A stretch of DNA of 64,000 nt from Cyanophora paradoxa CCMP329. Its lineage: Eukaryota > Plantae > Glaucophyta. The position numbers and the translations under genes are program-made. The notes beneath the pieces were generated by a model. The model did not search any database. It was not told the origin of the DNA and saw nothing but the letters and a program-made list of their open reading frames with translations. Positions 36,304 through 48,416 of the stretch are shown here, piece after piece (within the stretch, counting starts at the first letter, position 1; every line of letters starts with the position of its first letter). The stretch spans positions 124,001 to 188,000 of the forward strand of contig QPMI01000138.1 in assembly GCA_004431415.1 (NCBI GenBank), in the 5' to 3' direction.

Positions 36304-38402
36304 TCAGCGCGGAGCGGCGGGCGCCTGCGCGCCGCTGAGGAGCACGGCCGCGGGGATCGCGGTGCCGCCGGAGTACACAGCGAAGGCGGGGGGGCCAGTG
36401 AAGACCGGGCCCGGCGGGAGGAACGTGGGGTACGCGAGCACGGAGAAGGGGGCGGAGGGGGCGGAGGGGTCCCCCGCAGGCGGCGGCGGGGGCATGGGCT
36501 GGAGCGGGGCGGCGGGGGCGGCGGCGGGTGCGCGTGGGGCGCGAGGAAGCTCGCCACCTCGCGCAGGACCGCCTCCCGCACCATGTTCCGGATCGCAGCG
36601 GTGTCCAGCCCAGGGGCCGACGGCGGCAGCGCCCGCGCCCCTGCGCCTGCCCCGCCCACGCCTCCGCCGCCGTCCGCTTGCGGTCCGGCGGGGCGGCGGG
36701 CGCCCCGTGGTGGGCCGGCGGACCGGCGGGGAGGGGGTGGGCGCCGGGGCGGGTGAGGGGGAGGCGGCCGGGGCGAGGAAGGCGCCGGGGTGGAAAGCGG
36801 GGGGGGCCGGGGGCGGGGGCGGGTGGTGGGAGCTCGAAGCGGGGGCAGGGGCCGGAACGGCGGGCGCGGCGGGGTTCGGAGGGCCGGAGGGGGGGCGGGT
36901 GTACCCCGGCGCCACGAAATCAACCTTGGACTGGGGAGCGGCTGCGTCCGGCGCGGCGCCCGTGACGCGCTTGTGCATCGCGGCCGAGTGCGCGTTCCAC
37001 CACCTGCGCCGAGGTTCAAGCAGGGTACAGGTAACTCCGGCGAAGCCCTTGAGGGGGGGCTGTACCGGTAGAAGCTGGCGGCCTGCTCCGGGGACACCGA
37101 TTTGATGGCCTGCGGGAGGTCGGACGGGGCGGCGAAGGGGGTACAGGGGTGCAGCGGGGGTACGCGGACCTCGGGGGCGAAGGACTGGAGGTACCAGGCG
37201 CCCTCGGGCTCGAGGCGCGACCAGAGGCGCTGCATCGCCGCCGTCAGCTCTCGCACTGTCCTCGCGCCCCTCCGCAGCTGCCCCGGCCCCGCGCTCAGCG
37301 CCGGCCAGGGGAGCCGGACGCGCCGGGGTACGCGAGCGCGAACCCGGTCGAGGCGCTCCGAGTTCCCTTCGACGAGGCGACAGATCGTCTGGCGGCGAGC
37401 CGGTCGGACCGGGGGAGAGCGGGGGGAGAACGAGGGGGGATGAGGGCAACACGCGGGCCGCGGGAGCTATGCTCGCTAGCACCCGAAAAGCTGAGCGCGC
37501 GGGCGTGACGTCGCGGACCTCCCGCTGGGGCATGGTCATGTTCTGGTGGTGCGGGCCGTCCGACTCGTCGATGGCGTGCAGCAGGGGGTCCGCCGGATCT
37601 GCGCCCCGCTGGTCGTCAGGCGGCGGCGCGGCGCGGAGCGGGGGGACACGCCCGGCAGGCGTGAATGCGCGCACTCGCGCCGGAACGCTTCATTTGGGCC
37701 CACGTTGATAGGAACCACGAGCGCACTTCCTGCGGGGCCGCGGGTCAACGACACGGCGAGCGGCGCGGGGACGGCGCGGGGGCCGCACCAGCTGCGCCAC
37801 AGCCGGGATGATGTTCGAGAGGTCGGAGATGACGCGGCCGACGCTCGCGTGCGCCTCCTGCCGCACTTGGAGGGACTGCGTCAGCATCTCGCAGATCTTG
37901 TTCGTCAGCCTCTGCTCGATAAGCAGCCGCGTCGCCTCGATAAGCTCGGCATCTGCACGCCGGCGGATTGGCGTCAGCAGGCGGCATCAGATCCGGAATC
38001 CTCATTGCGGGGTCCCAGTTGCTGCCGGGCACCGGACGATACTAGCCTGCAGCAGTGTGAGCGCGTGAACGCGGCTGCATTCAAAAGCGAGAATATCTAG
38101 CACCCAGAAACGTTGGTTCTCTGCAGCTGCTTACGCAGCTTATTGACTTCCTGAGGGGCGGTCGCGCAGGTGAGCTAGAGCAACCGTTTCACGCCCCGCC
38201 TCGCCGCATGCACGGCATTGCACGCAACTGATCGAAGCAGCTCGTTCTCCTGGGCCAAGGAATGAAAGTTATTCTTCTTCTTGAGCCTCGCCCGCCTGGC
38301 TGACTCCCGCCGCGCGAGCTTCCGCTCGTCCTCCGAAGCATCCGGACCGGCGTGGGCTGAGCCCTCGCCTTCGCCCGAAGCGAGCTCCGTTGTCGGTTCC
38401 AT
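36304..38402 (-). CDS. bZIP-domain protein (multi-exon)
   Basis: ERKLARRESARRARLKKK..LAQENELLR|EVNKLRKQL gives a basic region plus zipper. Downstream exons are followed by a Pro-rich tail. Confidence 0.7.
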
Positions 38403-38650
38403 CAATTGGGCCGCGGCGGAGCGGAGAAAGTCGCCGGACTTTCGATGAGGGCAGTTGCTTTCCGCGATCACCGCCTCCTGGAGTGAAGAAGGCTCAAAAA
38501 ACGTGAACTACATCGACGCCGGGACCACGGTCTCGCCGCGGCTCTGCTCGCTCGAAAGAGGTTGTACCCCCGAAAAGCAGGCACTGGGGCCGCGACGGCC
38601 TGCGGAAAACAGCTGCAGTCAGAACGAGGTAGAGGATCGAACACACGCGC

Positions 38651-41600
38651 ATGTCGGCCTTCGAGCCGGCTTTCGCCGGGGTCTCGACGGCCGCTCCGCT
38701 AAGAGACGGCCGCCGCCTGCCGGCCGCGAGCTGTAGTCTCGCGCAGCCTCAGGACACTCCGTCGTGCAGCACGTCCGCCTTGCCGCTGGCCGCGCCGCCG
38801 CCGCGGCCGCGCTCGTTCGACGTCGGGGTGCCGTCTCACGCGTTCAGCCCTGCAAGCTGTTCTTCCGCCAGCGCGCGGTATGGTGCAGTTCATGATGTCA
38901 ACAAGCGGAGGCATGCAGGACTTTCCCGGCCAGCGGGCGGCCGTCGCTTCCCGTCCCAATTCTGGGGCTGTCAGCGCGTGGATGCGGTCCGGAATCGCAG
39001 CCGTGGTATTCCCCAGCGACTTCCTGCGGCAGCCAGCTCGGCTGGCGAGGAAGGGACCAGCCCCGTGCGAGCGACGGCAGCTGGCCAACCAGACGCAGAA
39101 GACGCCACGGAGACCGCAGCCTCCACAGCGCCTGCGATGACGCCCAGTGCTCTTCTAATGAAGTCCTACGAGGTCGCCGCGGACGCCCACAAGCACCAAC
39201 GGCGCAAGACCGGAGAGCCGTATGTCGCTCTTTGCCCTTCATCGCCTCTCACGCCCACGTCCTCTTGACGCGTTTCTACGCAGTTACGTGACGCACTGCG
39301 TCGAAACATGCAACATCCTTGCTCGGTCTGAAAGCTTGCCGGCGGTTCGGCCCGTAGCTAACCGCTGGCGGGCAGGTTGATCAACAGCAAGGTCGGCGAC
39401 GAGAGCGTCATCGAGCGTGGATTCGAGGGCATGTTCGGCCCTAACGAGAGCAACCTCATCGCGGCAGCCATGCTGCATGACACCGTCGAGGCGAGCGCGA
39501 GCAAGCGCACGCCGCCTTTTCGGGAGCCCGAGCTCTGACGCGCTCGCCCGCAGGACACCGACCTCACGCTGGAGGACATCGAGAAGATCTTCGGCGCGGA
39601 GGTCGCGGAGATGGTTGACGGGGTGCGGGCCCCACCGCCGCCCCCGCCGCCCCGCCGTCCCGGCGAGCCGATGCGCGCGGGGGCAGGTCACTAAGCTGAA
39701 CAAGATCAACGCGCTGACGCGGACGCGGACGGCGGACCCCGAGAAAGAGCCGCCCGTGGCGGCGGCGACGTCGAGCCTGCCGCGCGGCAACGCGGACTAC
39801 CTGCGCAAGATCTTCCTCTCCATGGCCCGCGACGTCCGCGTCATCCTCATCAAGCTCGCCGACCGCCTCCACAACATGCGCACGCTCCAGGGTCCGCCCG
39901 CCCGCCCGCCCCGCACCGCAACCTCCCTCCCGCCCGCCCGAGTTGACGCGCCGGCCGCCCGCCTGCGCAGGCCTCTCGCGGCCGAAGCAGATCAAGATCG
40001 CGCAGGAGACGCTGGACATCTTCGCGCCGCTGGCCTCGCGCCTGGGCATCGGCCTGGTCGAGGCCGAGCTGGAGGGTGCGCGCCGCCCGCCGCCCGCCGC
40101 CCGCCGCCCCCGCCCTCCGGCGCTGACGCCGGCGCCGCGCAGACCTGTGCTTTCAGTACTTGCACCCGACGCTGCACGAGGAGCTTGCGGGGCAGGCGGC
40201 GGCCCGCGAGGCGGAGAGCGCCAGCTACCGCGAGCGGGTCGAGCGCACCCTCAAGGTGCCGCACGCCCCTCCGCCTCCGTCCCTCCTCGCCCCGCGCGCC
40301 GCGCCGCGCCGAGTTGACCCCGTGGACGGCGGCAGGCGCGGCTTCACGAGGAGCACGTGCTCTCGGACATCCAGGCGGTCCCCAAGCGGCTGCAGCGCAT
40401 CCACCAGGTCATGGCGGCCACCGGGAAGGACTTCGAGCAGGCGCGCCCCCTCCCTCCCGCTTCCCCCCCTTTCCTTTCCTTTTCTTTCCTTTTCTAACGG
40501 CGCGCGGCGGAACGGGGCAGGTGTACGACGTGGAGACGATCCGCATCCTGGTACCCACCGCCCGGGACTGCTACATCGCCCTGGGGGTCGTCCACGTGCG
40601 CCCGTCGGCCCCGCCCCGCCCTCCTCCGGCGTGGCCCGAGCCCCGGGCAGAACCTGTGGAAGCCGATCCCGGGGGAGCTCCACGACTACATCGCGAACGC
40701 CAAGAACAACCACTACCAGGTACCCCCCACGCCCCGCCCCGCCCCGCCCCGCCCCCCCTCGTCCCGCCGCCTCCCCGTGAGCCGCGCCGCGCGCGCGTGC
40801 GCGCGCAGGCGCTGCACTCGACGGTGTGCGGGCTGGACGGGAAGCTCATCTGCGTGCGGATCTGCACGCGCGAGATGTTTTACCTCGCGCAATACGGCAT
40901 CGCCGCCCACTGGCGCTACCAGTCCGAGCTCGCCGTCCTCTCCTCCGTCCGCCCCCGCCCCCCCGCCCCCCGCCGCCCCCGCCGGAGCTCACGCTGGCCC
41001 GCCGGCCTGCAGGGCGACTCGCGCGAGCTCCGCTGGCTCCGCTCCGTCCTCGACTGGAAGACCGGGGACGGCCTCTTCGACGCCGAGGAGTTCATGGCGC
41101 GCCCCGGGCCCCGGGCCCCGGGCGCCCGCCTCGTCCGCGGCCCCCCGCCTCGCTCACGCCGCCCCGCAGAAGTCGGTGCGGTCGGACATCCTGCCCGAGC
41201 GGGCGATCGTCTTCACGCCCTCGGGGGCCACCGTCGAGCTCCCCCTCGGCGCCACCCCCATCGACTACGCCTACGAGTGCGCCCCGCCCGAGGCGCGCGC
41301 GCTCTGCTCTGAGCGGGCGGGGCGGGCAGGGTCGGGGGCACGGGGCTGGGCCACCGGGCGCGGGGCGCGCGCGTGAACGGGCAGTTCGTGCCGCTCAACT
41401 ACTGCCTCAAGGACGGGGACCAGGTGGAGATCATGACGTCGAAGAGCGCGCTGCGGGGCCCGCGGCTCGCCTGGCTCAACCCCCACCTCAACTACGTGCA
41501 CACGCAGCGGGCCCGCGCCGGCATCCGCTCCTACTTCGCGCTCCAGGACGAGTCCCTGAATGTCGTCGAGGGCCTGAACGAGCTCGAGCGCGAGCTCACG

Positions 41601-43015
41601 ATGCTCGGCGTCCGCTACCGGCCGGCCCCCGTCACGCGCCTCCTGCGGGCCTGCCGGCCGCAGGCCCCCTCCCTCGGCGAGGAGGCCGAGGCCGCCGCCG
41701 AGGAGGAGGACGGGGAGGAGCAGGGCGTGCCGGACGTGCTGGGGCACATCGCGGCCGAGCACGGGTGCGCACGCCCGGGCCGGGCGCCCCGCGCGCCGTC
41801 CCGAGCGGAGGCGCCGGCAGGTTCGCGCGGGACATGCGGGGGAGGGTGGAGCTGCTGGCGGCGATCGGGCGGGGCGAGATCTCCGCCCAGACCGCCGGCG
41901 CCGGCGCCTTCGACCGGCAGTGGGCCACCGACGAGTTCCCCGCGTGCGCCCCCCGCCCCCCGCCGGCCGACCCCCGCTTCCCTTCGTGAGGCCGTGCGGG
42001 CGGGCGGGCAGGGCCGAGGAGGCGGCGGCGGCGGCCGAGGATCCCGCAGAGGAGCCGGCGCCGGGGGCCGCGGCGCTGAGCATCCGCGGCGTCGGCTCGT
42101 TCGCGCCGAAGCTCGCCAAGTGCTGCGACCCTTTCCCCGGTGCGCCAGCGCCGTACCCCCCGTCCTCCCCCTCCCCCCTCCCCCTCTCACGCCTCGGGCA
42201 GGGGACGACGTCGTGGGGCACCTGACGCGCGGGGGCCGCTTCGTCGCCATCCACCGCCGCGCCTGCAAGAACATCCTCGCCAAGGTACCCCCGCCCCCCC
42301 GCCCGCCCCCGCCCCCGCCCCCCGCCTCCCAACGCGGCCCTCAAATGCAGGAGAACACGGAGCACTTCATCAAGGTGGAGTGGGGCGCCGACCGCCAGCG
42401 CCACCGGCCCGTCCGCGTCCTCGTCAAGGCGCGCCTCCCTCCCTCCCTGAGAAGACGGGCCCCGGCCCGACTGACGAACGGCCCCCTCCTCCTCCGCCCC
42501 CGCCGCGCAGGCGTTCGACAGGGACGGCCTCCTCTCGGACGTCGTCTCCATCGTCGCCCAGGAGAAGGCCCGCCCGCCCCCTCTTTAGCTCTCGTCTGTT
42601 GCGTCCCGCCCCCCTCGCCTGAGCGGCCTCGTCTGCGCAGGTGAACATGAGCGAGTGCCAGTCGAGCTGCGCGGAGGGCGTCTGCTCCACCGCACAGATC
42701 CGCGCCGTCCTCGAGGCGAGCCTTCCCCCCTCCTCGCCGCCCGCCCTGCCCGCCCTGCCCGCTGCCTGCCTGCCCTGCCTTCCTGACTCGCCCCCTCGCC
42801 CCCGCGCGCAGGTGAAGAGCGGGCACCAGCTGGCCCGCATCCTTCACCTCATCTCCCACCTCCCCAACGTTCAGTACGCCTGCCGCCCCTACCGCAACGA
42901 CGGTCCGCCCCGCGCCCCCGGGCCCGGGTCCCTTCCCCCCTCCTCGCCCCCGCCGACCACGCCGCACCCCGCAGCGGCGAACATTCCGCTGAACGCGTGG
43001 AACAAGATCCAATGA
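38651..43015 (+). CDS. RSH: Long RelA/SpoT homologue (HD - degenerate SYNTH - TGS - CC - ACT), probably plastid-targeted; about 21 introns
   Basis: AHKHQRRKTGEPY, HDTVE|DT, VILIKLADRLHNMRTL, AQETLDIFAPLASRLG, YGIAAHWRY, TGS (FTPSG..LP.GATPIDYAY..VNG), LAKCC.P.PGD..GHLTRG...HRRAC, ACT (DRDGLLSDV). N-terminus MSAF. Confidence 0.95.
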
Positions 43016-44048
43016 GGCGCCGGCCCGGCCCTGCCTTCCCTCTTCCTCCTCGTCTTCCGTCCCCTTCTCCTCCGGCGGGACCGCCCCCCGCCCCCCTGTA
43101 CTTTACCCCTTAGGCTTTCAAGATGCATATGCGACATCGACATTCAGCCCCCTTTTCATACCATACCCCACGCGCCCAGCGTGTACAGAGCGCGCCCCTC
43201 TACCCCTCCTCTTCTCCCCCTTTCTCCTCCTCCCTTGCGGCCTCTTCCGCGTTGTACCCCTTGCCTGCCGAGCTCGCTTCACGCCTGCCCTCGTAGCATG
43301 GACATTCCAGATTTTCACCAACTCCGTGTGCTGTCTAAATATTTTGTGTTCGCAATTTCCTCTGGTTCACTGTACAGGCGCTCTGCGACCTGTCTTTTGC
43401 CTCGTTGTGTGAATAGATGTTGTGTGATGATTGTCAATGGCTTCGAATCATTCACGTGCCGAGGCGCCGACTCGAGGGCCGAGGATGTGCGGCGTCGGGG
43501 GAAACGGTTCTCGCATCCGTTGCAATTAGATCCTTGCCGCGCCGCTACTGCATACTGGGTCTAGACGCCAATCGCGACTTCTAGCAGTTCTACGGCCCGC
43601 GGCGGTGCTAGTCACGACTATAATAATTATAATTACATGTACATCCCGCGCGCGAGCTCAGTGTCGACGTCGAGTGCGTGCGCATGCATCGGTGAAATTC
43701 GAAGCCGGACAGCTGTACATGTCCAGGTGATATTACAACATTTGATTTCGAAGCAATTATACTGCAACAGTGTTCCGAGGCGCGTCCGGCCGCGTGGCGA
43801 ACTACCGCAGGTCGGAGCCGAGCGACCGCAGGCGGCCAGACAAAAAAGAGGGCATCCGCAGAAACACATGGGAAGCTAGTCGCTAAAGCTGCCGCTGGGG
43901 GATTCCTTTCAAGTTTCGACGTCTGCCGGCGACGGGATCGATCGAGTGCCGCCGGCAGGGCCCGAGGTGGACGTATGTGCACTTAGGGGTGGTTGACGAG
44001 CATCCTGCGCGGAGCGAGGGCGTCTGAATCAGCGAGGGAGATCAAATG

Positions 44049-45197
44049 TCACACCGAGACCGGATCGAAACGGACGCACTCCTTCGCGTGGTCCTCGTCA
44101 AGGATGACGAACTTCTTGAGGCGGCCGTCGAAGCAGTAGACGTCGCCCGTGCCTGCGCGCGCCGGTCTGCTCAGGCGGCGCGGGGCCCAGCGAGCGAGCG
44201 CAGCCGCTGGCGGGCGGGCGACGGCCGCACCGATGTCGAACCACCAGGCGTGGAGGTCGAGCTTGCCCTCCTTCATGCGCTGCGCCACGATCGGGTACGA
44301 GCGGATGTTCTGGAGCTGGTGGAGGGTGTTGAGCTGGGAGAGCTGCGCCGGGCGTCAGCGGCGGCGAGCGCGGTCCCGCGCGACCTGCGCGGCTGCGCGC
44401 ACCTGGTTGGCGACGCTCCAGGACGAGTCGAGGACCTCGCCGGCGATGAGGCGCTTCGCGGCCGGGAAGGCGTACTTAAGCCACAGGTCGAGGTGGGGCG
44501 GCAGCTTGGGCTTCTCCTGAATCTCCGGGTTCACCAGCGCGTTGGTCGCTGCCCCGCGCGCGCGTCCGGTCAGCCGCCAGCCGACGAGCGGGGGCGCCGA
44601 CGGAGCGCGCGCGCGAGCGGCAGGACGCACCAACCATGGCGCCGCACTCGGAGTGGCCGCAGACGACGATGTCGCGGACGTTGAGCATCTGGACCGAGAA
44701 CTCGACCGCTGCGCCCTCGGACAGCATGTCCTCGTCCTTCACGCCGGCCGCTGTGGCGCGCGGCGAAACATCAGCATAGGCCCGCGCGGTGCGGGACGAG
44801 GATGCGACGTACGCGGAACGATGTTGCCGACGTTACGCATGACGAAGACGTCGCCGGGGTTGGTGGACGAGAAGAGGTTCGGCACGACGCGCTGCGAACG
44901 CGCAATCGCCGCATAAGCCATCGCGATGCGCGTCCGGCGTGCTGCTGCGGTCGAAGGCGCACCGAGTCCGAGCAAGCAACGAAAAGACAGTCCGGCTTCT
45001 GGCCTGTAGCGGCGCTCAGACACGTCGCCGCGCGACGGCTAAGTTAGCAGGCGACCGCGTACCGTGCCGCAGGGAGGCGAAGTGCCCCCGCATGCTGCCG
45101 TACGCGTCGGCGGCGGCCGGACCGTGGAGGGGCGGCGCGCGCACCTCGGCAGCAGGCGCCGGCGGAAGTCGAGCACACCCTCTACGAGCCTACGCAT
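44049..45197 (-). CDS. Beta-class carbonic anhydrase (multi-exon)
   Basis: Spliced product MRRLVEGVLDF..GQKPDCLFVACSDS|RVVPN..PGDVFVMRNVGN..AAVEFSV..VVCGHSECGAM..LHAWWFDI. Zn ligands C, H and C are present. Confidence 0.93.
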
Positions 45198-45750
45198 CTT
45201 TCCTGCTGTCTAGAACTACGGGGAGCTCCTGTCGGCTGCTGTCTGTGCGACTGAAGTCGGCCCAACTATGAGCACCTAGATCAAGCCAAGTTGAACCTGT
45301 GCGGCGAAAACGGGGTACGGGACTCAAAACTTATGATAGTGCATCGCCCCTATAATTACTCACCGGTCACGCCCCCGCACGCCCCCGTACCGCCTTCCCC
45401 TCGCCACCCGAACCGAACCCGACCGAGCACACCTTCCCCGGGCTCTCCAGCGCGTTGCAGGGACTGGTGAGTGGGTCGCCTGGAGGGGGTACAAGGAACC
45501 CAGCGGACCGAGGGGTACGGAAGACTTGTGAATTCCCCCCTAGGCGTAATATACGCAACCGGATGGACCAGCCTGTAGGTGCGCGTGCGCGTGCAGGGCC
45601 ACTGCAGGCGTAGCTGCAGCAACGCACGTATGCAACGCAGCAGAAGCACACGCGCGCGGGAGTGAGATATAACAGCAACAGCAGCAAAGCAAACAAAAGG
45701 CGTGCACGCTCGGCTGCCCTGCAGCCGATATCCTGCAAGCGAGCTCTGCA

Positions 45751-48381
45751 ATGGGATCGATCATCAGCGGGTGCAGCCCTAAAGTGGGCGCGAGCGGCGA
45801 GCACGCGCCAGCCACATTAGCTAGCCCTACCGGTACCGCGGCCGCGGCCGCGTGCACGTGGCCGGAGGAATTCGATAGTCGCGGCTCGGAAGAGAGGAAA
45901 CCGCAGACGCGAGCGGCCGATCCCGATGCGCGCGCCGGCGCCGAGAAGGCGCGCGGCGGGTGGCCATGGACGTCGGAGCTCGGAATGGCCGCGGGGCTCG
46001 ACTTGACGCAGACGGACCGCAAGCTCAACGTGTACGCGAGCGTGCAGCCGCAGCCGCGAGGCTCCCTTTCGTCGCTGGAGGGATTTTTGCATCCCCCATC
46101 GACGTCGGAAATTCCCGAGCTGCATCTGCAGAGCCCGAGCGCCTCGGATGTCGAGGCCGGGCCCGAGGCTGCAGCTGGGGTGGACGTCGACGTCGACGAT
46201 GTCAATCGTGAGGGCCCTGATCATGATCGTGATGGGCACATGTGCACCTTCTTGGACGGTGCGCGTTCCTCTCTGTTCTCGCCGTCGCGGCCGCCGCATA
46301 GTTTAGATCTGAGCCTCCGCCGACCGCAGCCTACGCGCTCGGGACCTTCGGTCCAGATGAGGCGCGCGCGCCCTGCCCCGCGCTTGATGGGCGATCACAG
46401 CCTCTGATTCTATCCCGCGGCGTGCGCGCGCAGCCGCCGGCGCGGCCGCCGTGCTTCGCGGCGCCCTACCTCGTCGCCCCCAAGGTGCCGGCGCCCGCAG
46501 CCGCTCCTTATTTTGCCCCTCGGGTCTAGTTTCCGACGGGCTCGACGTCCGCGCGCGCAGGGCCCGGACGAGGCGGGGCGGCTGCGGCGGCTGCGGCGGC
46601 TGCAGCTCCTGGAGCGCGAGGGAAACGACGAGGAGGGCGCCCCCTTCGAGCGCCTCTCCAAGCTCGCCGCCGCCCTCCTCCGGGTGCAGTACCCCCCGCT
46701 CCCCCCCCCTCCCCGCCCGATGGGGCCGACGAGGCTGGACGTGTGCTTAGGGGCTCCGGCAGGTCCCGGTGGCCCTCGTCAGCATCGTGGACGCCGAAGA
46801 GTGCGCGTGCGCTGTAAATCGTCGACGGGCTCTGCCCTCCGCCCTGACTGCGTCTCCGTCTGATGGCAGGCAGCGGTTCGCGGGGCACGGGGGCGCGAAG
46901 CTGCCCCGGCGGGGCCGCTCGACGCGGGACCTCAGCTTCTGCGCCCACGCCATCCTCCGTGCCCGCTGCCCGCCCGCCCGCCCTCCTTCGATCCCGCCGC
47001 GCCCGTTTCGATCGGGCCGCCCCGCCCCGCCCCGGCCGGCAGGCAAGGAGGCGGACCCGATGGTGGTCGAGGACGCGCAGGCGGACTGGCGCTTCCGCGG
47101 GCACCCGATGGTCGCCGGGCCGCCCCACATCCGGCGCGCTTTTGCTCCCGTCCAAGTATCCGATCCCGGACTCGTGACTCGGCCGCGCGCGCAGGTTCTA
47201 CGCGGGGGCGCCCCTCGTCACGAGCGACGGGCACCGCCTCGGCACCCTCTGGTGCCCGCCCCGCCCCGCCCCGCCCCGCCCCGCCCCGCCCCGGCCCCCC
47301 GGGCTTCCCCCCTGAGATCTAGATGACGTGGGGCAGCTGCATGGACTTCGCGCCACGGAGAATGTCGTCGGAGGAGCGCGCCCACCTCGCCGAGCTGGCC
47401 GCCACCGTCGTCCACGCCGCCGAGGTCCGCCGTGCCGTACCCCGGGCTCCGCGCCGGGTCTTCCCCCCCACCCCCCTCCCCCCATGGCTTCGCGCTCACC
47501 GGGGATATCAATGCGCGCGCGCCCTGCGGCAGCACCACGCCACAAGTGAGTGTACATGCGCGCGGGGGCGGCGAGGGCGCGCGGGGGCCCCGCCCGAGGG
47601 CCCCAGCGGCTGAAGTGTACCCCCGCAGAGCGCGCGACGCATCGCCAGTCTCGCCTCTCGGAGGCCGCTGCCCGCTTCGCCCTCGAGGCGCGCGCGTACC
47701 CCCCTCCCGGCCCAAAGCTTCCCCTCACGGAAGCTGTACCCCCCCGGACCGGAGCTTCCCCTCACGGAAGCTGTAACCCCGCAGGCCATGACCCTGCCCG
47801 ACGAGGATGCGGTGTACGAGCTGGCGCGCAGTACCCCCTGCCCTCGACGCCTTTTCCTGATTCGCGGGGCGGCAGGCGGCGGAGTCGGCGCACGCTGCGC
47901 TGGGGCTGGGGGCTCGCGGGGGGGTGACCCTCGCGGCTGCCGCGCCGCCGCTTGGCGAGGGCGGGGGCGAGTGCGGGGGGGCCTGGCCCGTGCGGACGAT
48001 GCTTGTCGGGACGGAGCGGCGGGACCCCGCCGGCCGCGTCGTGGAGCGCGCCCCGGCTGCGCCGCCGCCGCCCTGGGGTGCGGCGGCTCGGCGCTCTGGG
48101 CGGGGGCGAGGGCGGGGCGGCGCCCGTGCCGGCGGTGGCGGCGGAGGCCGGGGCGGTGTCGGGGGTGCTGGCGGCGGCGGGGCGGACCGGCGGCTGCGTC
48201 GGGTGCTTCTCGGCCCGCGAGGACGAGGAGCTGCCCGACGAGGCGCGTACCCCCTCCCCCTCTTTCCCAACGTCCACCCCTCTGAAGCCGGCCGCCTCCG
48301 CAGGCGCTGGAGTTCGTGCGGCTGCTGGCGTCGGCGGCGACGGTCGTCGTCGAGCAGCAGCGCGCCCGCGCCGCCCTCCAG

Positions 48382-48416
<35 letters not shown>

